Of a stretch of DNA of 40,652 nucleotides, positions 17,964-25,885 are shown one piece after another. This stretch comes from Pseudomonadota bacterium (GTDB taxonomy: Bacteria > Pseudomonadota > Alphaproteobacteria > Rhodobacterales > Rhodobacteraceae), in contig JBCCBC010000001.1 in NCBI GenBank assembly GCA_039814435.1, positions 1 through 40,652 of the forward strand, read 5' to 3'. The notes under the pieces are model-generated. The model made no database searches. It was given only the letters and a program-made list of their open reading frames with translations, and had not been told where the DNA came from. The position numbers were made by a program, and so were the translations under genes. Positions within the stretch are counted from its first letter, which is position 1. Each line of letters begins with the position of its first letter.

Positions 17964-18533
17964 TTAGTCCGCTTTTGCCGCTTCGACAGAAATCTGCACC
18001 TGTACTTCGTCGCTGATCGCGGGGGCAAATGCGCCCAGGCCAAAGTCAGACCGCAACAGGGTTGTTGTGGCATTGAACCCGGCCCAGTCCTTGTTCGCCA
18101 GCGGGTTCGTGCCCGCCTGGTTCAGCACCGCATCCAGCACGACGGATTTGGTGACATCGTTCATCGTCAGATCACCGGTGATGTTGGCAGTGCCCTCGCC
18201 CGTCACTTCGATACCCGTCGAGGTAAAGGTGATCACGTCGTCATCATCGGCACCAAAGAAGTCGGCCGACATGAAATGCCCATCGCGCTGTTCCCAGCCG
18301 GTGAACATGGATTTGGTTGGCATCGACACAGACACCGACGAGTTGGCGGGGTTTTCCTGATCAAACGCGATCTCGCCTTCAAATCCCGAGAACATGCCCC
18401 AGGTCGTGGAGAAACCGAGGTGGTTGTAGGAGAACAGGATCTGGCTGTGGCTGGAGTCCAGCGTATATGTGTCAGCAGCAAGTGCGAGCGACGCTGTGCC
18501 TGACAAGGCCGCTGCAAGAAAAAGGGATTTCAT
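17964..18533 (-). CDS. yceI: YceI-family polyisoprenoid-binding periplasmic protein
   Basis: Signal peptide, Y-x-LD-x2-HS, HLGFS, RD-x-H-x2-S-x-DFF, G-x-LT and RSDFG motifs. Confidence 0.92.
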   Translation of the reverse strand: MKSLFLAAALSGTASLALAADTYTLDSSHSQILFSYNHLGFSTTWGMFSGFEGEIAFDQENPANSSVSVSMPTKSMFTGWEQRDGHFMSADFFGADDDDVITFTSTGIEVTGEGTANITGDLTMNDVTKSVVLDAVLNQAGTNPLANKDWAGFNATTTLLRSDFGLGAFAPAISDEVQVQISVEAAKAD

Positions 18534-18695
18534 TTCGAGGGGTCTCCACGTTGGTTGATGTATCGTGGATAGATGTTGTTTCAGCCCACAATCGCAATTC
18601 TGCAGACATCAACAGGACGTGCGCATTCATGAACACCCCGTGGTGCGCATAAATCCGCCATGTCAGGTGTTATCCCCGTTGATCCCGCAAATGCG

Positions 18696-19196
18696 TCACA
18701 GTTTGCCGGCATCTTTCAGCGCCCCGACAAGGCGCGCGCGCATTTGCGGATCGCTCAGCGCGACCTCTGCAACGAGTGCGCCGTCCTGTGCCCACATGCG
18801 CAGCATATTGGCATGCAGTTCCGCCGGCCCGAGGTCTGTCATCCGGGTCCGACTGACCAGCGCGCGCGCGCGCCCCTGGCCCCGCACCAGGCGCACTTCG
18901 CGCCGGATCGTGTCAATTTCCACGTCAACACTGGGCACGGCGCGCCCCATTTGCATCACTGCCAGCCCGACAAAGCCAAGGCCCACAGACAGCCCCATCT
19001 TGAACAGGGCCAAATCGGCATCCCAGGCCGCACCGGGCTGCACCCACAGCCCAAGGGCTGCCAACACGCAGGCCGCTCCGCCCACCCGCTGTGCCCCGCG
19101 GATCAACCAACGCTGCCCATCCACGGTGCGCGCCGGTGTACTTGGCGCGGCGGGTGCGGCTGTTTGGGGGGCAATCATATCGGGGAATGCGGTCAT
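18696..19196 (-). CDS. Hypothetical membrane protein (two TM helices)
   Basis: GAAGGA SD; two hydrophobic segments followed by a soluble beta-rich domain (VEID...REVRL). Confidence 0.7.
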   Translation of the reverse strand: MTAFPDMIAPQTAAPAAPSTPARTVDGQRWLIRGAQRVGGAACVLAALGLWVQPGAAWDADLALFKMGLSVGLGFVGLAVMQMGRAVPSVDVEIDTIRREVRLVRGQGRARALVSRTRMTDLGPAELHANMLRMWAQDGALVAEVALSDPQMRARLVGALKDAGKL

Positions 19197-19505
19197 GGGG
19201 TACGTCCTTCGTTCGGTTTTGCCAGATCGCGCGAGGTGTCCTCGGGATCTTGCGGTTTGTTAACCAAAGTTAAGCCCGACAAAGGTGACAGAAATGGGGC
19301 AGGTCAGTGACTGCGATGTGCCCGTTTTGAGGGCCGTTAAGTGGGCCGTTTTTCGCGGATGCCTTTGGCCTTGCCACGGGCGCTGTGCGCTCTTATACGG
19401 ACCCGTCCCTGCAAATACATTTTTGCCGCGCAGTCTCTCGTGACCATCCGCAGGGGTTTCAGGATCGGTCTATGAAATGCGCCTTGATAGAAGTGGAGCA
19501 CTCTC

Positions 19506-19868
19506 ATGCCTCTTTATGAGCATGTGATGATTGCCCGTCAGGACCTGAGCAACACTCAGGCCGAAGGGCTGATCGAACATTTTGGCGGCGTCCTGTCGGA
19601 CAATGGTGGCACCCTCGTGGACAACGAGTACTGGGGCGTCAAAACCATGGCCTATAAGATCAACAAGAACCGCAAGGGCCACTACGCCTTTTTGCGCACT
19701 GACGCCCCTGCGGCCGCCGTGCAGGAAATGGAGCGTTTGATGCGCCTGCATGATGACGTCATGCGCGTTCTGACGATCAAGGTCGACGGGCATGCCGAAG
19801 GTCCATCCGTCCAGATGCAAAAGCGCGACGAGCGCGAAGGCCGCGGCGAACGCCGCGAGCGCCGCTGA
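19506..19868 (+). CDS. rpsF: 30S ribosomal protein S6
   Basis: MPLYEHVMIARQD, EYWG-x-K-x-MAY-x-I-x-KNRKGHY. Confidence 0.98.
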   Translation: MPLYEHVMIARQDLSNTQAEGLIEHFGGVLSDNGGTLVDNEYWGVKTMAYKINKNRKGHYAFLRTDAPAAAVQEMERLMRLHDDVMRVLTIKVDGHAEGPSVQMQKRDEREGRGERRERR

Positions 19869-19886
19869 GCGAAAGGGAGCTAAACC

Positions 19887-20114
19887 ATGGCTGCAAAACC
19901 ATTTTTCCGCCGTCGCAAGGTCTGCCCCTTCTCGGGCGACAACGCACCTGCGATCGATTACAAAGACACGCGTCTGCTGCAACGCTACATCTCTGAGCGT
20001 GGCAAGATCGTGCCATCCCGCATCACCGCCGTCTCGGCCAAGAAGCAACGCGAGCTGGCCCGTGCCATCAAGCGCGCCCGCTTCCTCGCCTTGCTGCCTT
20101 ACGCTGTGAAATAA
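19887..20114 (+). CDS. rpsR: 30S ribosomal protein S18
   Basis: IDYKD...[13 protein letters not shown]...[13 protein letters not shown]. Confidence 0.98.
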   Translation: MAAKPFFRRRKVCPFSGDNAPAIDYKDTRLLQRYISERGKIVPSRITAVSAKKQRELARAIKRARFLALLPYAVK

Positions 20115-20126
20115 GGAGTATTTGTC

Positions 20127-20771
20127 ATGCAAGTTATCCTTCTCGAACGTGTGGCCAAGCTGGGTCAGATGGGCGACGTCGTGGACGTCAAGTCGGGCTA
20201 TGCTCGCAACTTCCTGTTGCCCCAGAAAAAGGCGCTGACTGCGTCCAAGGCCAACATTGCCGACTTTGAAGCCCAAAAAGTGCAGCTTGAAGCGCGCAAC
20301 ATGGAAACCAAGGCTGAGGCCGAAGCGCTTGGCGACAAGCTGAACGGCCAACAGTTCATCGTGATTCGTCAGGCATCGGACGGCGGCAACCTTTATGGGT
20401 CCGTCACCACACGCGATGCCGCCGACGTGGCCACTGCCGAAGGCTTCACTGTGGATCGCAAACAGGTTGTGATCCCTGTGCCGATCAAAGAGCTGGGCCT
20501 GCACGATGTGCACGTGGTCCTGCACCCCGAAGTCGAAGCTGTGATCCAGTTGAACGTGGCCCGCTCGGCCGAAGAAGCTGAATTGCAAGCCTCGGGCAAA
20601 TCGATCCAGGAGCTGGCTGCCGAAGAGGAAGCCGCGGCTGAGTTCGAAATTCAGGAACTCTTTGACGATATTGGCGCTGCTGCGTCTGACGACGAAGACC
20701 TGGCTGAATCTGCGGGTATTGCTGCGGACGATGCTGCTGAGGGCGGTGCAGACGAGACGCCTGCAAGCTAA
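20127..20771 (+). CDS. rplI: 50S ribosomal protein L9
   Basis: [31 protein letters not shown]; acidic C-terminal tail. Confidence 0.98.
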   Translation: MQVILLERVAKLGQMGDVVDVKSGYARNFLLPQKKALTASKANIADFEAQKVQLEARNMETKAEAEALGDKLNGQQFIVIRQASDGGNLYGSVTTRDAADVATAEGFTVDRKQVVIPVPIKELGLHDVHVVLHPEVEAVIQLNVARSAEEAELQASGKSIQELAAEEEAAAEFEIQELFDDIGAAASDDEDLAESAGIAADDAAEGGADETPAS

Positions 20772-20793
20772 CATCGCGCCGTGGCGTGACACG

Positions 20794-20830
20794 AAAGACC
20801 GCGTGCCCCGGGTGGGTGCGCGGTTTTTTT
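20794..20830 (+). terminator. Intrinsic terminator of rpsF-rpsR-rplI
   Basis: ACCGCGTGCCC[CGGGT]GGGTGCGCGGT followed by a T run. Confidence 0.8.
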
Positions 20831-20982
20831 ACGGGCGCATGGGTTTAAGAGGCAGTCAGAAAATGAACGCATTTTCTGGGGGGCCAGCCCCATCGGCGCA
20901 CGCGCCTCCCCCCGGGATATTTTTGGCCGAAAGAAGCGTGAACCGGTTTGACCATTTGGGTGCGCCGCGTCAGTTTGGCGAT

Positions 20983-21537
20983 ATGCGCCTGGTTTTTGCC
21001 TCTTTGACATTCGTTTTTTTGCTCGCTTGCGTTCCGGATGATCTGCAGACGGTGCAGATGGCCCCGCGGCCTGTGCCGCAGACCCAAACCGAGGTCGCGT
21101 TTGTCAGTCGGTTGTTCAATGACATTCAGCCGGCGTCCATTGCGCAGGATCGCGAGTTTTGCGGGTTGATCGGCGTCGATGCCCGAGGGGCGTTGATCGC
21201 GACCGAGCCGCGCCGTGGTCGGGTATCGTCCTGTCTTCCCCCTGCCCCGAGTTCTGTTGGGTTTACGGTTGTCGCCTCGTATCACACCCATGGCGCGTCG
21301 AGCCCGGAATATCTGACCGAGATCCCGTCATTTGACGACATGCGCACCGATATCGAGGACAACACCGATGGCTATATCGCCACGCCCGGTGGGCGCATGT
21401 GGTATGTGGACGCCCGCCGCCGCGTTGCGCGCCAGATCTGTGGTTTGAATTGCCTGATCCCGGACCCAAACCACCGGGATGATCCCGATTTTCCGGTGCG
21501 GCAGACCTATTCGCTGAACCAGCTGCGCGCGTTCTGA
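20983..21537 (+). CDS. DUF4329-family (JAB/MPN-like) putative lipoprotein
   Basis: ATG 20983 gives MRLVFASLTFVFLLA-C (lipobox). REFCGLIG, YHTHG, PS-x2-D and GYIATPGGR motifs. Confidence 0.8.
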   Translation: MRLVFASLTFVFLLACVPDDLQTVQMAPRPVPQTQTEVAFVSRLFNDIQPASIAQDREFCGLIGVDARGALIATEPRRGRVSSCLPPAPSSVGFTVVASYHTHGASSPEYLTEIPSFDDMRTDIEDNTDGYIATPGGRMWYVDARRRVARQICGLNCLIPDPNHRDDPDFPVRQTYSLNQLRAF

Positions 21538-21565
21538 TACCGATCCGTGTTTAAGCTCCGAATGC

Positions 21566-21600
21566 AAAACGGCCGCGCTTGGTGACAAACGCGGCCGTTT
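21566..21600. terminator. Terminator hairpin between the convergent DUF4329 gene and tig
   Basis: AAACGGCCGCG...CGCGGCCGTTT 11-bp arms with A/T flanks. Confidence 0.75.
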
Positions 21601-21621
21601 CGCTGTGGTTTCGTCTGAGGT

Positions 21622-22956
21622 TCAGTCGTCGCTTTCCAGCGCTTCGACGGCCTTTTGCAGATCGTCTTTTGACACCTCTTTATCGCTCACATCAGCCTGT
21701 TCGACGATGTGGTCTACCACTTTGTCTTCGAACAGCGGCGCGCGCAGTTGTTGTTGCATCTGCTGGTTTTGCTGAACAAATTCAAAGAACTGGCGTTCCT
21801 GGCCCGGGTACTGACGCGCCTGCTGCATGATGGCTTGGCTCATCTCGGCATCGGTCACTTCAACTTCGGCCTTTTGGCCGAGTTCTGCCAGCAGCAGCCC
21901 AAGACGCACGCGGCGTTCGGCCAGTTCTGTGTGCTCGGCTGTGGTTTCGATCTCGGGGTGATCGTGGCCTTCGACCTCTGGGTTTTCTTCGTGCCACAGC
22001 TGATGTGCGATTTGTTTGGCTTCTGCATCGACAAGGCTGGGTGGCAGGCCAAAGCTGACGGCCGTGTCCAGCTGATCGAGCAACGCGCGTTTCATCACGG
22101 CGCGCGCGGCCCCTTTGTATTCGCCTTCCAGTTGCTCGGAAATCCGCTCTTTGAGGCCGGCAAGGTCCTCTGCGCCATATTTCTTGGCCAGCTCATCATC
22201 GATTTCCGCAGCGACGGGTTCCTTGACCTCTTTGATCGAACAGTCAAACACGGCCTCTTTGCCCGCCAGATGCTCTGCCTGATAGTCGTCGGGGAACGAG
22301 ACGGTGATTGCCTTTTCCTCTTCGGCTTTGACACCGACAAGCTGTTCTTCAAAGCCCGGAATAAATTGGCCTGATCCGAGGACCAGAGCGTGGCCTTCAG
22401 CCGAGCCGCCCTCAAACGCTTCGCCGTCGACCTTGCCGACGAAGTCGAAGACGACCTGGTCGCCGTCTTTGGCTTTGGCCGTCTTTTTGCGCGCTTTGAA
22501 GTCTTGTGCGTTTTCGGCGAGCGACGTCAGCGTTTCTTCGACCGCTGCATCGTCCGCTTTGACCACGAGACGCTCAAGGCTGAGCTTGCTCATGTCGACC
22601 TCGGGGATCTCTGGCAGGGCCTCGTAGGACATTTCGACGTTGACGTCGTCGCCCTCTTTCCAGTCTTCATTGGTCATTTTGACCTCGGGCTGCATCGCGG
22701 GGCGGTCCCCGGAGGCCTCGAAGTGCTCGGACATGGCGCCATCGATGCTTTCCTGCATTGCTTCGCCCATCAGACGCTGACCAAACTGCTTTTTCAGCAG
22801 GGCCATGGGCACCTTGCCTTTGCGAAAGCCTTTCATTTCGACGTCCGGCTGCGCCTCTGTCAGCTTTTCGTTGACCTTGGCATCCAGTTCGGCGGCGGTC
22901 ACTGTGATGGCGTAGCCGCGTTTCAGACCGTCGTTCAGCGTCTCTGTGACCTGCAT
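21622..22956 (-). CDS. tig: Trigger factor
   Basis: [13 protein letters not shown] start, GFRKGKVP ribosome-binding motif, FKBP domain (FIPGFEEQL). Confidence 0.97.
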   Translation of the reverse strand: MQVTETLNDGLKRGYAITVTAAELDAKVNEKLTEAQPDVEMKGFRKGKVPMALLKKQFGQRLMGEAMQESIDGAMSEHFEASGDRPAMQPEVKMTNEDWKEGDDVNVEMSYEALPEIPEVDMSKLSLERLVVKADDAAVEETLTSLAENAQDFKARKKTAKAKDGDQVVFDFVGKVDGEAFEGGSAEGHALVLGSGQFIPGFEEQLVGVKAEEEKAITVSFPDDYQAEHLAGKEAVFDCSIKEVKEPVAAEIDDELAKKYGAEDLAGLKERISEQLEGEYKGAARAVMKRALLDQLDTAVSFGLPPSLVDAEAKQIAHQLWHEENPEVEGHDHPEIETTAEHTELAERRVRLGLLLAELGQKAEVEVTDAEMSQAIMQQARQYPGQERQFFEFVQQNQQMQQQLRAPLFEDKVVDHIVEQADVSDKEVSKDDLQKAVEALESDD

Positions 22957-23117
22957 GTGTGCTCCCATAGCGTATAGGCCCCGCTGCGGGGGCTGATCCT
23001 AAATTCGCGCCCTTCTATGCATGGCGCGGACCGGGCGCAAGGGTATTGCTGGGGCAAGCCCGAAAAGAGCCGTCAAAGCCGCCCACCACGCGGTTCAACC
23101 ACGCAACGCCGACAGTC

Positions 23118-23132
23118 TTAACGGGAATTTAA
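23118..23132. promoter_or_regulatory. CtrA consensus box
   Basis: TTAA-CGGGAAT-TTAA, an exact TTAA-N7-TTAA, 60 bp upstream of the solute-binding protein gene. Confidence 0.65.
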
Positions 23133-23192
23133 GGCTGGAAATGCGACCGTGTTTCAGTCATTGACATATCAACCTAAGATGGAAAACGTGGG

Positions 23193-23957
23193 ATGCGCCA
23201 CCACTTAACTGCCCTTTTACTTGCTGTTCTTGCCCTTTCGGGAGTGGTTGGAGCGGTGAGCGCCGAACAAAGGACCCTGACGGTTGTTGCGGATGACTGG
23301 CCGCCCTTTTCCGGCAGTGCGCTGCCGAATGGCGGTATGTCACTGGATGTCATTTCAACGGTTTTGCAGCGCGCCGGATACAAAGTTGAGACGCAAGTTG
23401 TGCCGTGGGCCCGCATTATGTCGGGCGCGCGCAGCGGGGAGTTCGACGTTATCGGCAGCCTGTTTGAAGACGCCGATATGAAGAAGTTTGTCAGCTACGG
23501 CGATCCGTTCTTTTCCACCGACGTGCGGCTGGTTCAGCCCGCTGGCGGTACGCACAGGTTTACCTCTGTTGCGGCGCTGCGCCCCTTTTCTATCGCTGTG
23601 GGGGATGGGTTTGTGTATCAGGACGAATTTGATCGCGCGGATTACCTGAACAAGATTGTCGTCACGACGGCCCTGCAAGCGATCAAGATGGTGGCCTTTG
23701 GCCGGGCGGACCTGACGCTGGACAGTGCCGACGTGGTCCGCCATGCGATCCAGAATGACGACCCGACGCTGAGCGCGCGTGTTGAATTTGCCCCGGGCGT
23801 TCTGGTGTCGCAGAACATCCACATGGCTGTAAATTCCGCCCTGCCCGACAGCGCCGATATTGTCGCTGATTTCAATCGTGTCCTGGCTGAAATGAAGGCT
23901 GATGGCAGCCTTGATGCTCTTTTGGCGGTTCATGTTGGCCAACAGGGCACTGAATGA
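23193..23957 (+). CDS. Periplasmic solute-binding protein, family 3 (amino-acid type)
   Basis: Signal peptide, WPPF, PWAR, GRAD and FN-x2-L-x2-MK-x-DG motifs. ATGA overlap with the downstream kinase; no permease or ATPase adjacent. Confidence 0.88.
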   Translation: MRHHLTALLLAVLALSGVVGAVSAEQRTLTVVADDWPPFSGSALPNGGMSLDVISTVLQRAGYKVETQVVPWARIMSGARSGEFDVIGSLFEDADMKKFVSYGDPFFSTDVRLVQPAGGTHRFTSVAALRPFSIAVGDGFVYQDEFDRADYLNKIVVTTALQAIKMVAFGRADLTLDSADVVRHAIQNDDPTLSARVEFAPGVLVSQNIHMAVNSALPDSADIVADFNRVLAEMKADGSLDALLAVHVGQQGTE

Positions 23958-25438
23958 AGGCATTTTTCATCAAGGATCGGTTGGGGTTTCGCCTGGTTCT
24001 GGCGTCCCTTTTGATCGGGTCCTTGTTGTCCATATTCTCGACGGGGATCCAGCTGGTGGCGAGTTATGCCCGTCAGAAGGATGACGCGACCAATGTGCTG
24101 GATCAGATCGAAAGCGCGATGTCAGAGCCGCTGGAGCTGGCGCTGTGGACGTTTGATTTTGATCAGGTGAACATCATTCTGGATGGCATCTCCTCTAACG
24201 AGTCTGTCACGCACCTGGATCTCACCAGTTCAACGGGGCACCGTTGGACCCGGGGGGAGGTTGTGGAATCGCCGCTCCAATCTGTTTACGAGTTGAAACA
24301 CAGCGTTGGCGGAGGCGCGTTGCAGCCCTTGGGCACCTTGCGCGTTCAACTGTCACTGGACTCGGTGATCAACCGGGTTTGGGCGCAGTTCTGGGTGACT
24401 TTGCTGACCAATTTGGCCAAAGCCTATGTGGCCGCTATCGCGTTGTTATACTTGGTCTATGTTATGATCACCCGGCACCTGCGTACCATTGCGCGCCATG
24501 TGGACGGGTCGGCTGTTGCCGCTGCTGATGCGCGGCTGCATCTTGACCGCACAACCAACGCCACCCCCAACGACCTGGACCGGATTGTCGAGGCTGTCAC
24601 TCAATACGAGGGACGCGTGCGCGGGGCCATGACATCCCTCAGGACCGAAATCGCAGAGCGGATCAAAAGCGAAAACGACGCGCGGGACGCGTTGTCTGTC
24701 CGGTCCAGTTTTATTGGAGTGATGAGCCATGAGGTGCGCACGCCCCTGAATGCCATCCTGGGGTTCTTGCATCTGATCGAATGCGAAAAATCGGTGCCCG
24801 AACGCCAACGCCACTACGCCGGGGTCGCCACCAAAGCCGCGCGCCAATTGCACCACCAATTGTCCAACGTGCTGGATATGTCGCGCCTGGATTCCAACGC
24901 CGTTGTCATCAGCACACGCCCCACCAACATCCGCAGGCTTGCCAATCAGTGGCAGGAAACCACGGCGGCGGCTGTGCATTTCCACGAAAAGACCATCGAT
25001 GTCACCTTGCACGTCGATCCCGACCTGGCCGACGAATACGTCCTTGATGGCGCGCGATTGACCCAGATCATCACCAATCTGACGGATAACGCAGCCAAAT
25101 TCACTCAAACGGGCGAGATTTGTATCGAACTTCTCAAAGGGGCGCACGACCCGGACACCCCCGATGAGGTACGCCTTGATATTTCAGTTTCCGACACCGG
25201 GCCAGGCATTCAAAAAGTAAATGAAAACAAGGTATTTGAGCGGTTTTCGCAAATCGAAGGCGGGCTGAAGCGCAATCACGGCGGCGCGGGCCTTGGGCTG
25301 GCGATCAGCATGGAGCTTGCGCAACTGATGGGCGCCGACCTGACCATCGACCCCTGCAAAAAAGATGGTTATGCGACGAAATTCTTGTTATCGCTGAAAT
25401 GCAACGTCAGGTTGGATGAACATAATGGTACACCGTAA
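23954..25438 (+). CDS. Membrane sensor histidine kinase
   Basis: Two TM helices flanking a periplasmic domain; H-box MSHEVRTPLNAI, N-box NLTDNAAKFT, DTGPGI, GAGLGLAIS. Confidence 0.93.
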   Translation: MKAFFIKDRLGFRLVLASLLIGSLLSIFSTGIQLVASYARQKDDATNVLDQIESAMSEPLELALWTFDFDQVNIILDGISSNESVTHLDLTSSTGHRWTRGEVVESPLQSVYELKHSVGGGALQPLGTLRVQLSLDSVINRVWAQFWVTLLTNLAKAYVAAIALLYLVYVMITRHLRTIARHVDGSAVAAADARLHLDRTTNATPNDLDRIVEAVTQYEGRVRGAMTSLRTEIAERIKSENDARDALSVRSSFIGVMSHEVRTPLNAILGFLHLIECEKSVPERQRHYAGVATKAARQLHHQLSNVLDMSRLDSNAVVISTRPTNIRRLANQWQETTAAAVHFHEKTIDVTLHVDPDLADEYVLDGARLTQIITNLTDNAAKFTQTGEICIELLKGAHDPDTPDEVRLDISVSDTGPGIQKVNENKVFERFSQIEGGLKRNHGGAGLGLAISMELAQLMGADLTIDPCKKDGYATKFLLSLKCNVRLDEHNGTP

Positions 25439-25814
25439 AAAAGTCCTATTGGTCGAAGATGACGAATTTACCCGGTTCATGATGAAGGAAATCATCGCAA
25501 CCTTGGGGGTCGATGTCGAGATTGCGCGCAATGGCAGCGAGGGGTGTACTGCACTTATCGCGGACCCCGATGAGTTCGGTTTGGTGTTGATGGACCTGCA
25601 CATGCCCGAGATGTCCGGGATCGACGCCACGCGCCAAATTCGCGAGTCTGTTGTGAACCCGCCGCGTGATGTGCCCATCATCGCGGTGACTGCGGATGTG
25701 AATTACCATGACGATGCCCGGATCGAGCAACTGGGCATGAATGGCTTTGCCAGCAAACCTGTTTCGCCCGGCCATTTGTTGAACCTGATCAACCGATACT
25801 GCACCGCCGCCTGA
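25416..25814 (+). CDS. Single-domain response regulator (receiver)
   Basis: VLLVEDD, LMDLHMPEMSG, IIAVTA and KP motifs. Alternative start at 25425. Confidence 0.92.
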   Translation: MNIMVHRKKVLLVEDDEFTRFMMKEIIATLGVDVEIARNGSEGCTALIADPDEFGLVLMDLHMPEMSGIDATRQIRESVVNPPRDVPIIAVTADVNYHDDARIEQLGMNGFASKPVSPGHLLNLINRYCTAA

Positions 25815-25885
25815 ACACGCACTTGCAATTTTGAATTACGCGACCACCAGCGACGGTGCGCACGTCCGCAAATCGGGACCTGATC

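Noticed and set aside
19400-19505. Possible S6:S18 autoregulatory leader (GACCATCC...GGATCGGTC hairpin)
   Set aside because: A hairpin is present, but I could not match the conserved motif with confidence by eye; needs a covariance-model search.
20600-20771. Long acidic C-terminal extension of L9
   Set aside because: Common in alphaproteobacterial RplI; not unusual.
19470-20792. 440-aa minus-strand ORF
   Set aside because: Antisense shadow of rpsF-rpsR-rplI.
23051-23080. GGGCAAGCCC-GAAA...CAAAGCC resemblance to a c-di-GMP-I riboswitch
   Set aside because: P2 pairing is too short and the tetraloop receptor and P1 cannot be formed.
22960-23190. att-like direct repeat of the tRNA-Leu 3' end bounding the signalling block
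   Set aside because: No copy of TGGTGCGGGTGAAG or similar was found near tig and there is no integrase, so the block is not called a mobile element.
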